In this document: positions 11,737-25,187 of the stretch, piece after piece | Layout of the letters: the number at the start of each line of letters is the position of its first letter | How positions within the stretch are numbered: the stretch's first letter is position 1 | From: Eledone cirrhosa | Taxonomy: Eukaryota | Length of the DNA stretch: 64,000 nt | Assembly: GCA_964016885.1 (NCBI GenBank) | Contig: OZ024742.1 | Span: 231,384,001 to 231,448,000, forward strand | Direction: 5' to 3' | The notes under the pieces: generated by a model | Told to the model about the DNA's origin: nothing | The model's database searches: none | What the model saw: only the letters and a program-made list of their open reading frames with translations | Program-made: the position numbers and the translations under genes

Positions 11737-12516
11737 CTAGAAATAATTAATAAAAACATAGTAATGAGGTTAACATCATGAATCAAGCTAACCATGCTAT
11801 TCATAATCATAATCATCAGCATCTTCATTTTATATCTGCCTTCCATGCTGGTATGAATTGAGACAGATTGTCATCGTTCAAGAGACCTATTTGGCAGTTT
11901 CTACATCTGTTTCTGCCACTCCTAACACTGACAATTTTACAGAGTGGATTGGGTGTTTTATTCTGTCACTAGCACTTTACAGAGTGTACTGTGTGTTTTA
12001 TCATTGCACCAGGATATAAATGTTTTTGTTTCTACAGCTCACATCTGTGTAGGTTTAGCTGGCCCCCTACAAGGTGCACCTCATGAGGTTTCGTTTTAAT
12101 AATGGCCCCAGTTCTATCATGCAAAGGACACCTCACTGGATCAGACATTAGCCCCATTAGTGGTGTTAATTAACAGCAGCTATTGGCACTCTCTTTTTTC
12201 AGCTGAATGAACTGGAGCAACCTGGAATAACGTGTCCTAATCACTAGGCTATGATATAAATAGTGTGTGCTGGATGCAGTTTAACAAGGCATCCTGACTC
12301 ACACAACCAAAGAGTCATTTCAACTCATTGTTTGGCAAGTTGTCTTTTTTATCATCAACCATCTTACAGTATGTACTGGGTGCATTTGATCATGACACCC
12401 ACACTAGGAAGGTATTTGGTTATAGATTTGACTGAAGTATCCTATCTAATTTATGGGGAAGATAATAAGATTTGTAAAACAATCTTTCAATTGGTATGAG
12501 ATGCTATTTAGGTTAC

Positions 12517-12698
12517 CTTCAAAGAATCTGTAGAAATATCTATTGTAGTAGACTTAGTGGGTTTGGCACTAGTTCCCCATTTACGTTTACGTGGTACAGC
12601 TAAGGGAACTGGTGCTGCTGCTGCTGCTACTGCTGTTGTTGATGGAGACGTTGTCTTCTCTTCACACTTTTCACTGGATTCTTCATTTTGCAACTTAA
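12517..12698 (-). CDS. ACIN1: Acinus coding exon G (182 nt, phase 1-0)
   Basis: Contains RKRKWGTS...IDISTDSLK, resembling the Acinus KRRWG...ISITTESLK motif as recalled. TTTAG acceptor and AAG|GTAACC donor. Confidence 0.92.
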
Positions 12699-13164
12699 CT
12701 AAAATAAATAAACAAAAATTTGAAGTTGACAAAAAATAAAAATAACAGGACTTAACACTTTTGATATCACACCACCTGAAACCATCCATGGTTCTCCAAT
12801 ATAAAACTGTTTTAATATATAACCAGCAATGTCTGTCTGTCTGTCTGTCCGACAGTGGAAACACGTGCGCACGTGGTTGCTATCTCTCTCTCTCTCCAGC
12901 TATCCTTCTCTTTTAGTCTGTCTGTTTCTCTCACTCTTTCTCTTTGTAACACACTAACATTCCTCCCCTCTATCGCTGTGACGAATGGGGAGATGGAGGA
13001 GGAGGAGAGAGTCACTTCATCACTTCACCTCTGCCTTTCTTTCTCTCCCCTCTCACTCCCTCATTACGTACAGACATTAGGGCGGTGGATTGGCAGAATC
13101 TGTAGAGAGTCGGACACCATGCTTCATAGCATGGAGTTACGTCCCTTTACGGTCTGAGTTCAAA

Positions 13165-13395
13165 TACAGAAATACAGAAATATATATACATTTCTGTGTG
13201 TGTAATATATATATATATATATACACACAGTAATATATATACATTTCTGTGTGTGTAATATATATATATACACACACAGAAATATATATATATACACACA
13301 GAAATATATATACATTTCTGTGTGTGTAATATATATATATATACACACACACACAGAAATATATATACATTTCTGTGTGTGTAATATATATATAG
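13165..13395. repeat. Palindromic minisatellite (about 4 units)
   Basis: Repeats of ACACAGAAATATATATACATTTCTGTGTGTGTAATATATA with variable (TA)n spacers. Confidence 0.85.
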
Positions 13396-13426
13396 ACTAA
13401 AAGTTTCATTCTTGAGAAATCACCAG

Positions 13427-13428
<2 letters not shown>

Positions 13429-13471
<43 letters not shown>

Positions 13472-14334
13472 TTAGTTTCAGAAGATCCCGTTAAGGGTGA
13501 AAGCAGCGATTCTTTGCTTAAACTTTAATCTTTTATTTTAATAAATATATATATATATATAAATAAATGTACGTTTGTAATATATTAATAATATATATAT
13601 ATAATGTATGTATATATAATATATATATATATATGTTAGTAAATACGAAGAAATATTTATACTATTCCACACACATATAATATATATGTTATGTCGTCGA
13701 CCACTGATTCCAACAACCAGCGTTCTAGGCCAGCACGTGACACCTGCGTTCCCAGCCATGGTACACACGACCTTCGAGTAGTTACCATGGAGATCTAGCC
13801 AGACACAGCCGAGTTCTTTGAATTTACAGACGACAACTTTAAGACTGGCTTTTGGTGTTTTAACCAACTCACTGGGGCTGAGCATTTTCTTTTTTTTTAT
13901 TATAATATATATATATATATGTGTGTGTGTATGTGTGTATGTGTGTGTGTGTGTTATATGTGTGTATGCGTGTGTGTATATGCGTGTGTGTATGTGTGTG
14001 CGTGTATATAATATATATATATATTATATATGTATATATTGTGTCTCTCTATATATACATATATATAGGTTTAAGTGTGTATGTGTGTGTTAGCGTGTGT
14101 GTATGTATGTATGTGTGTATGTATGTGTGTATGGTATGTGTGTTAGCGTATGTGTGTTAGCGTATGTGTCTGTATGCGTGTGCGTGTCTGTAAGTGTGTG
14201 TGTGTACAGGAATTCATAAGTTTCCTAAAATATGTCTGTATGCTTAATTTTTCTTAAAAATTATAAACTGGTTCTTCTGTCAGAGATAATAATCTGATTT
14301 GAGAATAATGCATCTCAAAATATGAACATGGGTG

Positions 14335-14365
<31 letters not shown>

Positions 14366-14370
14366 GTGTC
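13429..14370. repeat. (TA)n/(TG)n microsatellite cluster
   Basis: Directly visible. Further (TA)n runs at 44577-44626 and 47971-48009. Confidence 0.9.
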
Positions 14371-14426
14371 TGTGTTAAATATATATCGACTAGCAGAAAA
14401 CCGCCCACCAGGTGGTTTTCTGCTAG

Positions 14427-15049
14427 TCTATATATCTAAAACAGAGAATGTCTGTCCGTTTGACTCCCTAAAACTCGAGAACCACCCAACCGATTGTTTT
14501 CAAACTTTACACATGTAATACTTATGGTCCTGTGAGTGTTTTGAGCAAAGAAAATTTCAAACTTTCAATGCCTTAGGGACCGCATTAGGCGATTTAGCGA
14601 TCTCTCTCTATAATTCTGAGTCTTTCTTTTTAGATAGATACATAGATTAACGTTGCGCCCTTATAATATCTGTCTATGTCTGGCTGTCTGCATTACGACA
14701 TTATCACATCGCTATCTGTGTGTGTGTGTGTGTGTATATGTATATATATATATATATATAGTATGTAACGTTTTTCGGAATATTTACTTCTGCGTTCACA
14801 GATTGATTTTTTTTTAGTTTCAGAAGATCTCGTTAAGGGTGAAAGCAGCGATTCTTTGCTGAAACTTTAATCTGTTATTTTAATATATATATATATATAA
14901 TTATATATTCGTGTACAGATATTTTTGCACACACAATAACAAAATATAAACAAACGTATTTATTTCACGAGGCTCGATAAGGATAAATATATATCAAATA
15001 TATAAGAACCCTAGAGCAAACTCCGAGCAACGCCAGGCCATTCTGCTAG
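14427..15049 (+). mobile_element. Non-autonomous Helitron-like element
   Basis: 5' TCTATATATCTAAAAC...ATGTCTGTCCGT start. 3' CCGAGCAACGCCAGG (imperfect hairpin) then TTCTGCTAG|T. A related ATGTCTGTCTGTCTG head occurs near 12815-12855. Confidence 0.65.
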
Positions 15050-15363
15050 TATTGATCTAAAAATTTCCATCATAATTTTATGTAAGAACTTTCAAGTTAT
15101 GCTCCAAAAACGAGCTTAATGATGAACAAGTTGGTTTAATTATTAAATCCCTTCAATTTGTTTGAAAATCATTGGCAGCATCTTTAATTAGAAATATGTT
15201 AACAAAATGGTTAGGTTATGTTCCAAACACCAAATAAATAAGTTAGTTATATTACTAATAAACTCTAAATTACTAATTATTTTCAAAATGATTTGAAAAT
15301 CATAGGCAGTATGTTTCATTAGAAATATAGTAAAGAAAGGATTAAATATGCAAATCTACTCAC

Positions 15364-15451
15364 GAGGAAGTTGTAGAGATGTACGTGGAGCGGTGTCATT
15401 ATCTTGGTGCTTCTTTACTTCCCCCTCTTCTTCCTCCTCCTCCTCTTGCTG
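15364..15451 (-). CDS. ACIN1: Acinus coding exon F (88 or 85 nt, phase 0-1)
   Basis: TTTCAGCAG tandem acceptor and GTGAGT donor. Encodes QQEEEEEEEGEVKKHQDNDTAPRTSLQLP. Confidence 0.82.
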
Positions 15452-18400
15452 CTGAAAGACAACCAGCTGATATTTTTGACAGATATAAACACGACTAACA
15501 TCAGATAATGTCTCAAAGTGAAACATGATTGTAGTAGGATCTTTCATCACTTTAATCCATCAGAAATATTTTTTTTAATATTCACTTTCAACAAACAAAA
15601 AGCAAAACAATATTACTTAAACTATCTTATCTACTCTTTTTATTGATTTAATTTCAACTTCTGATGTGTGGCCATGCTGGGGCACACACTCCCCATCAAA
15701 ATATCTAACTGATTATATTATTAATCCCAAGAGTATGAAGTAAAACCCTATCTAAAACAGAGCAGCCATAAATTCAGATCAAGGAACATATGATCAGAAA
15801 TGCTCCCTCTGTCAAAAACACCAACAAAAATGCCACATCTGGGATACTGAAGTCACCATAGAAGCTACTGAGAACAATATTGGTAATTTGCAAATCAAAA
15901 ACGCTCTTCTTAACAGATATATTAATAAGATTTGAGCTACATGGAGCTGACTTGCTATTGTGACCAGTCAGCACATGTCACCTTTCCAGTGTCCTACTTC
16001 CACCAAGTTAGTCACACAAGGAATAACTTATGAGAAGAGGCTCCAATTTTTCTTTTGTTTCATTTTTCTTCATTTGATAGATAAAGAGGTTCTAACCTTT
16101 TAATATTAGGTAAAAACTATATTGTCATGTCATTCCTACTTTACTCTTAGTTTCACCATTATATTCGCAATTTTATATAAGAATCATAAGTTTAAAACAA
16201 AATGACAAATAATTTTAGTGAACCCCTCATTAATTAATTGAAATAAAGTGCATTTCATTACAAAAATGATAGCGAAAGGGTTAAAATAGTAATTGTATCA
16301 ATTAATCAAATACACCAAATAAAGCATATTTGCTTATTATTTCAACACCAAATTTTCAGATTTTATGCCTATCTCATTTTTCTACAAACTAAAAAAAGGT
16401 ATCCTGATTCAGAAGGTGAATACTTGAGTCTATATATTGAATTTGTACTTCACCTATCAAGAAAGAAGCCAATATTTAGATCAGACTCAAAAAACAATGT
16501 TTCCATTGGTCTCACTAAAGCTGATACTATCTACCAGCAGCAATTCCTGGTAGGAAGAGGTGGGATCTGAACTCCAAATGCACAGAAACAGGACATTACC
16601 ACAAAGCACCCCGTCAAATACTTTAACCCCAACAATCCACTGCCCTTGGACTAATTTATTTATTGACCATGAAAGGACAAAAAGCAAATTTGACTTTTGC
16701 CCGATTTGAACTCGGGGCAGAGTGAACCAGAACAGATAACGTGGCATTTATTCCAATACCCTAACAGCCCTACCAATTCCCCACATAATTCACCTATCTA
16801 AAAAGCTTGATGCCAAAAACAGCATCTGTTTGTAAAATATTGCCTCAAAAAGGACCCACAGGGAAGCCTGGAAGGTTGACCCCCTACTTTAGCAGGGAAA
16901 ATGGCCTTAAAATACCTGTGTCATATATAAAGACAGTAGTAATATAACAGTAACAATTTCAGTTAATAGTTTCATTATCAAGCAAGCCTACACTGACTGA
17001 TACCAATATAGCATAGTTCAAATTTATTAAGTATTCTAAGTATGTTTTGGGGTTCTCAGCTTAACACAAATCAATTTACATTGAATATAAAATGTTAAAC
17101 AGCCAATCCAATGTAAAAATTCTTTGATAAAGTCATATTAATAGTTTCCAAGCTGCTAATTTGCAAAGTCAGAACATCAAATTAAATACTTCATTCCAGA
17201 CCTCAAAGTTCAAATGTTACCAAGTCTCAATTTTATTTTTTTAGGTCAATATATAAAGTACCATGGTGGACCAGCAATTTGCATTTTCAGTCAACCTGTG
17301 ACAACAATGTTGCCAGGCTGTATCAAGCTTTGCCTTTCCCTCAAACAACATCAGTGGCATAGAGAAAGAAGACTAGCATGCATGGACAACTGCTAGTCTT
17401 CAAAAGAAAAAAAAAAAACGCTTGCCCTGGCCTCTGCCTAAGACAAGAGCTTTCCAGATGCAGATTCATAGTCTCATGAAACAGAGGTTTTCCAGATAAA
17501 TGGTTACTCATTTCTTTCAAAATACAATCTAACTAAAACCCTATCTTAATAATTTAAATTACTTAACGCTTTAGATACAAACCCGACCAAAACTCACCCT
17601 GGTTCTATAAAACAAAGCCACCCATTTTAAAGAGTTCCAATTTTAAGTAAAAATTTTCCATTGTAATTTCAAATAAGAACCATACATTAAGTTAATGAAA
17701 TAATGAATGGTTTTAGTAAATCCCTCATTTATTAACTGAAATAATGTATTTCATCACAAATATGGTCACAAAACAGTTTTGATACTAAACCATCCAAAAC
17801 TGGCTCAGGTCCTACGAAACGAAACTATCCATTTAAAAAGTTCCTATATAAATTAAAATCTTCCAACATAATCTTATATAAGAACTGTGTTAAGTTACTA
17901 TCTTAGTAATGAAATAGTAATTTTAGTAAATTCCTCAAAATTCTCCATTATCTAATTGAAATAGGTCATAAAAGATTATTTTCTTCAACATATTTTTAGT
18001 AAAATACAAAAGATAAAAAATGTATTAACTATAGAATCATTAAGAATAGAGTCAATATGTAATTAATTTGAAATCTAATTAACAAAATATTCTACACAGA
18101 GTGTTTAAATTGAAAGTGAAAAAGAGTAAAAATAAAGGACTAATTAAGATATTTTATCACATTAGATATTACTTTAAGAATATACTTTAAGTTACTGGTT
18201 TCAAGGTCTATACATTCAAAACAATACATATATCATAATAAACATACTAGATAATTAACAGTTTTAAAGCATTAAAATATATACATAATTAAAAATGTCT
18301 ACATTGTTTAACTAATTTACATTTTTTAAAATAAAATATACTAAGTGTAAATATTTCTAAAGTAAAGAGCAAATGGTGAAGTTATATTGCTGCCCAGTTT

Positions 18401-18749
18401 AGGCACTGCCAAAATACCAGCCTCAATAAACGCTCTAAGCCTCTTCTGCCTCCTGTAACATTGAACAAACAACCCAGCTGGTGTAGCATCGCACATGTCA
18501 GAGGGTCATCTAACATCATCGCCGTTGTCATCATTACCATCATCAGCACAGTATCATCACATCTTTGGGTATGACTCAAGGGCATGGGAAGTAGTAAAAT
18601 ATTTTCTCATCAGTTGTGATGCACAGCCTTCTATCTTCTTGTGCAGCATCCTTGATGTATGTGAAGTTGCCAACCACCAGATGAAATTTGTACACAACAA
18701 CCACACATATATATACATATATATATAAACAATCATATATACATATATG

Positions 18750-18780
<31 letters not shown>

Positions 18781-21700
18781 TCATATGGATATTTTAGCTT
18801 CTTGGTCATAAAGTTCATAAAGAACTAAAGAAAAGCAGTCTTTTTTATGTATGTGCATGTTTTTGAAATTATTGAGACAATAGAATAAAGGGTGTATTTA
18901 TGTTTTTGTTAAAAGTTCTTGCTAAGAAGTACATCATATGAGAAGATTAAAAATGTTAACGTATAATTAACATTCAAGTAAGATTTCTGATAAAGTCTTT
19001 AGAATAATGGCAAAGGATTATTATTACTGAAGCTAAGAATGAAGCCTAGGACAATAAGTTGAACACATTTTCTATCTGGTAGAGTATTTCAAAATGATGA
19101 TAGAATACATAGAGCTGTATTAAAATATTCCATCAGAACAACATAGGTGTGGTCCAAGTTGTTAAGAGATCTGTCAACTAATTCAGTCAGAGTAACTTTA
19201 TTTATTCAGTTTAATACCATTGATAAGAACATTCAGATGCCTTGGTGTTGATCAAGATTGCGTACTTTTCAATATTTCACCTGTCTCAAAAAGTAAAAAC
19301 AATACAATATCCATAAAAAGGTGTTGGTACTTTGGTAGAGTCGGAGATTGGTAATTGTATTGTATCAATAAACCGAGCAAGTTGGGTTCTAGTATCTTCC
19401 AAGTAGTAATATAGACGCAATACACAAGTTTCTACTTTTGTTAAAGCAAAAATTCACAACCAGTTGTGAAATGGAGTGTGGAGAATGACGTCAGATTTCT
19501 GTTGATAGATGAAACTCCTACTGGAGAAATAACATCAGTAATATTACCAAATAAAACAATCAATAATTGATTTAAAAAGTTCATTAAATTATGGCTTGTG
19601 GTACAAATGTAAGATATAAATATATCTTCTATGAGTGAATGCAAAAAATTCCAATAAGGAATACAGTTTATTTTTGTTGTTGTTGTTTTTAATCATACTT
19701 ATGTAATGTTCAATAGTTGTGGTGGCAGTGGCTTCGTTAATCAGTGAAAGTGTATTTTATGTGTTCATAGTTGAAAATGTAGGCAGTTGTGTTTAACAAC
19801 ATTTATTATTTAGTACCAATCTCAGAAACAAATGTACTTGTGTGTTTTAAATATCACCAGCAGGAATAGCAGTAGTTTTACTTTGAATATGGGTAAAATC
19901 CTTGGGTATTGAATGAGTCCTTTTAAATACTGTTTCATTTATATAGGAGATGCAATCATCAACAGTGGAAAGACCAATGTAAACATTGTTTCTTTAGTCT
20001 TATCTGATGATCAGCTCCTTTCTGTTGATATTAGATGTGGTAAAATTCTCAAGAAATTCTGGCAATACTCCTCTTTCAAACAGCTTCAAAAGAGAAGTAA
20101 AAAAGTCCAATAGAATAAGATCCCACAGTAATAACAGTGATAATTCAGCAACGAAGTGATTTTCCATTCTCCATCTGGCAGAATGAGGACACATCGATGA
20201 CTGCATAACATGACTCCTTTTGGCAGCGAATTTCTCTTGCTTCGTTCAGATGAGTTTTTCTTCACATCTTCCTTTTCAGGGTGTCATGAGTTAAGGCTGG
20301 AGAGTGCATATCAGGTGAGACCAGTGGCTACAAGTGGCTGATGTTGACATCAGTGTTGGCGTTCGCCTTTCAGCAGCTCACAGATTTGCAATTCTCTATT
20401 GCATTGAGGAGATAGTAAGGTGAAATTAAACAACTGGGGAGGAACTGTTTCAAAAACAAGCTAACGACAATCAGCTCTTATCATCCTTGGCATCAAATAT
20501 CTTTAAATTTTTCCCAGACTCAAAACAAAACATACACTTCATTTTATCATTTTATCAAAACTAAAGATGTGTAAAAACAAACAAACAAAAAAAAAAACAC
20601 ACTAAATCAAGACAATACTAAAGACAATTTAAAAAAAAGCTTCTTAACATTCACATTCATAAAAGAACTACTAAAATTCTAATAACATTAGCTTGAACAT
20701 TATAAATTACCTTCTTACAGCATATTTATCTACCCTTGGTTCTATGATACAAAATTGACGGTTTTATGTAAAAACCTGTGTTAAATTATGCTCCAAATAT
20801 CAGCTTAATTTATATTACTAAATCCCACAAAATTTTTCATTATTTTCAAAATACACATCAACTGTATTAGAAATATGCTAACAAAAGAATGAACCAATAA
20901 CTTTAAAGCTAATTAATAAATTTCATTTGTTACAGATAATGATCAAATATGTAAATTATATTTAAAATCTTGACAAGGTAATTTAGATGGACAATTTAAC
21001 CCATTATATATTAGAATCAGAAACCACCCATTTCTAAGCTTTCACCATAACCTTATGTAAGCTTTGTTTAGTTATTCTACAAACCAGTCTAACAATGACA
21101 AAATTAGTTACAAAACCCCAAAACTTCTGGTCAATTTCAAAATTATATGCAGTGTCTGTTATTAGAAATATAAAAGAAACAAAATTGTTTAATTAATACT
21201 ACTAAAATTACCATTTTAACATATTTCTATCCTATATACTTATATGTAGTTTTAAAAAGTTGATAGTGATAACAAAAAATTTATTTTACAATCACTAAAT
21301 TGAAATCTAATCATTTTCTAACAAGGAAAACCAAAATATTTCCATTTTTGGTTATTTTGAAAAATATTATTTTTCAACTAAATTTAAACTACCAGCAAAT
21401 CAATATTACAAGCAACATAGAACACACATACACAACCACTCACATAGATAATATATTCTCTAATAAGAGGTGGGGAGAGATAAACAAAAAGCATTCAAAA
21501 TAATTGTAAATAAGATTGTAATTGTATATCTAAATGTTTTTATGTGAGAAAATATCTAAGTAAGAGAAAATACATTATCATAGACAAATCTTGTAAAGTA
21601 TCAGTTTGAAACAGCCTACTTAATCAACAGGTCTATTAAATAATATCTTTAAATATATATTTCTCATCAATTAGATAATGAGTACATTTTCCATGCTTCA

Positions 21701-22782
21701 GAGAGAATCACAGAATAAAATAGTTAGACAGAAATAAAATTAAACTATATATATACATATAAAACCACTACACATGTATTATCACTATAAAATAGTTGTA
21801 AAGTGGATAATCCGCACAAGCAATTATTCACTTTTTTCTGCCAATGGGTTATACTTTTAACAATTTTATAGTGATAATTCATACATATATTATATATATA
21901 TATATACACACATATATACACTCTAAAGATTTATCAAACACACACATATATATAGAGAGAGGGAGAGATGGAGATATCGGGAATGAGATGGCAAGACTAC
22001 ATTTACAGAGGCCCTCTATTATATAGGGCATCTACTGTTTTGTTATTAGGCAACAGTTTGGTCCACAGTTATTAAGAGTTCCAACCTGTACATATCCACC
22101 ATCAACCGATAAAATGTATTACTATTAATTATTCTTTCTAAATAACTAAAATATTTTCATTTTGATAAATTCAAAAACAATTTTTTTTTTTTCAGAGTTG
22201 AAGCTGTCTGTCAAGTGACTTGATCTGAGACTATATGCTGAAACTCAAATAATTACATCATAGAAAAGTATTTTAGCCAAAAAAAAAACCCCCCGCAAAT
22301 GTTAAATTCAGTTTACATTTATCACTAACCAAGTAGCAAACTATTAAAAATTTCAACACCATAAAATAATTGATATTGTATGTTTTGACTCTTCTACGAT
22401 GCAATTTGATTTTTTTAAAGCTAAATTTAACCCCATATAATAAAAAAAAATATAAACTAAAACAATATGATGCCTAGTTAATTCTAGATATATCCAGGTT
22501 GTAGCAAAAAAAAACAATTTGGTTTCTCTTTCCAAGTCCTTTCTTTCTTACAACACATAAGAAAATATACATGCATCACACACACTTATACAATAAATTG
22601 AAATAGTGCAGACAGCAAAGAGACCAGTCAAAATTTGAGCTGGGAACATAAAAACTAAAGGGACTAACTAGAAAGTAATGTTTCTTTGTTTTTACAACTG
22701 TAGAATCAACATTAATCATAACAGTATCCTCTCCCCAAAGAATCAAATACAAAGAAATATATTAAATAATTAACGACTTTAC

Positions 22783-22846
22783 CTCATTAGTTTCATTTGG
22801 TGCCACTTCCTCTTTTGTGGGCTGTTGAGGTTCACTTTCTACATCA
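22783..22846 (-). CDS. ACIN1: Acinus coding exon E (64 nt, phase 2-0)
   Basis: TTTTAG acceptor and GAG|GTAAAG donor. Encodes SDVESEPQQPTKEEVAPNETNE. Confidence 0.8.
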
Positions 22847-25187
22847 CTAAAACATAAATTGAGTAAAACTCGATCAGCAGAGAAAATCACAAGCAAAAAC
22901 TCAACCAGCCCTAGGTTTTTTGGTACAAATATCTCGCTGAACAACTATGTCACCTTGTGTCATGTTTTTTTCCTTCACAACGCATCAAATCAAACATATT
23001 ACTAGATATCAAATCAAACATATTACTATGGATTCTAAAATAAAATGAAAAAAAAATAAAAAAAAGAAAGGAGCCAATCACCAGATCAGACTAACAAAAC
23101 TACATCTCCACTGGTCTTTCTATTGATGATACTATCCATTGGTTACAACTCCTGGCAGAAGCGCCACTGATTTACTTGTGAGAGGGAGCAGGATTTATCA
23201 AAATAAAAAGAGCCAGAAACGATATTGCAAAGTATCCTATCTGACTCTTAACAAATAAGAATTTCACCAATCCACCATCCCTGGACTGGCACTTTATCAA
23301 TCCCAAAAGGAGGTATGGCAAAGTGGGATTTAGAGTATAGAGAACCAAAACTGAGAAATTTCATCTACAAGATCTCTTAACTTAAAATTCGTCTTAAAAC
23401 ATTAACTGGAATATCACCAAAAATATAAAATTAATCATTATCATAATTTAACATGCTTGCATGGGTTAGATGAATTGTCACATTCTGAGATTAGATTGTT
23501 CATGCCAGGTGCATTTATTCCATTTTTAGCATCATCATCATTATTGTCTTCATTTTTACATGCTGACATGGATCGGACGAGATATTTTTAGACAATGTTT
23601 TACAACCAGATGCTCTTTCTGACATCAACCTTTTCAGTTGTCTCTTATGACATGGTTACTATTCTAAAACCTGGAATACACAAATATCAATACAGACTTA
23701 GAATTATTGTTTTACATCCATATTTCCACGCTTTGTGCAGACTTTGATGGGTGTTAAGAAACGGCGTGTAAATGATGGTACACATTATTAGCTGAGTAAA
23801 CTGGAGCAAGGCAAAATAATGTGACTTGTTTAAAAAGACATGGTACCAGTCAGGCAATGAAACCCATGGACTTCAAACAGCCTTAGTAAAGTAAGCGAAA
23901 GTATTAGTAATATACATTTTTTTAAATATCTTTTTTATTTTGTTCCCCACCTCGTACTCCCAGCATCACTGCCCATTTTTCAGAGAGGGAAAGAGTAAAG
24001 TATCTTCAAACTGGAGACCTGGACCAAATGTTTGTAGTAGAGTAGACTTTGTTAAAGAGACACCCAAGGACCAAGTGGTAGTGGTATTAAACCATTTGTT
24101 GGTTTAAATCTTTCACCCATGCAGATCACATTGGGATTTGAAAACAGAATGCAGAGAGCTGGAACAAATATGACAGGACATCTCTTTCAACACTAACAAT
24201 TCCACCAATCTACTACTCTTGATTGGTACTTTATTTTATCAACTCAGAAAGGATGAAAGGCAAAGTTGATCTCAGCAAGATTTGAACCCATAAGGCAAAA
24301 CACCAGAACAAATACCACATGGCATCACATGCAACTCGCTAACAATTCCACCTCGACTGGTAGTTTATTTTATTGACTCCAAAAGAATGCAAGACAGCAT
24401 TCTAAGATTCGTTCCATTTGTGTGTGTATGTAGCAAATTGGTTATTATTATTGTGTTAGTGTTTGCATGTTCATATTTATATATGCATAGATATACATGT
24501 ATACATATGCACACCAAACTATTATCTTGGTTATCTATGTTAGTTGCAGATAGTTTATCCACAAAAATTGGTTGTAATAAAAGAATTATTAAACTAAAAA
24601 CTTGGTTTTGTACTCTATTAAATATATAAAATACAATTAATCATCATTTTTTACAGCACAAGGCCAGCTAGTCTACATATATTAGGGTAAATAGGTTTCT
24701 TAAGTTGAGTCAACAATCAAGAAACTTCTTAGTACTGGTGCCACAAAAATACACCTAGGACACCCAGTAAGGTGGTTGGAAGGGCATGTCAAGAGGATTT
24801 TCAGATGTGTCAAAGGAACAACAACCTCTCAATCTCCCTCGTGCTGATGTCACAATAAAATGTAGCCAAAGCACTCTGTAGAGTGTGGGAACATATGTAT
24901 GTGCGATGCCCAGCCTAACTGAAAAGTCAGTAGTGACAACACATCCAACCATTGCTATCAGGGACAACAGATGTATGATGATGATGATGATGATGATATA
25001 CGAATACTTCACAATAGCTTTCAACAGATCAATGACACAAAGTCCAACAGATTATTGGTTTACAACACATATTTTGTTCCTATCACAGGAAATCATTTTA
25101 AAATTGAAAAATAAAAACAAAAGAATAAAAAAAACTATCCATGATGTGGCCAAGTATTTGACAAGAAAGCCCAGCCACAGAACTAAC

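Noticed and set aside
13165-13395. CRISPR-like palindromic repeat array
   Set aside because: Spacers are only (TA)n/(CA)n, the context is eukaryotic, and no cas genes are present.
13137-14160. Multiple Y/I/C/V-rich ORFs
   Set aside because: Translations of microsatellites. The same applies at 56385-56801.
22140-22325. Similarity to 30525-30695
   Set aside because: Looks like two diverged copies of an old dispersed repeat, not a functional duplication.
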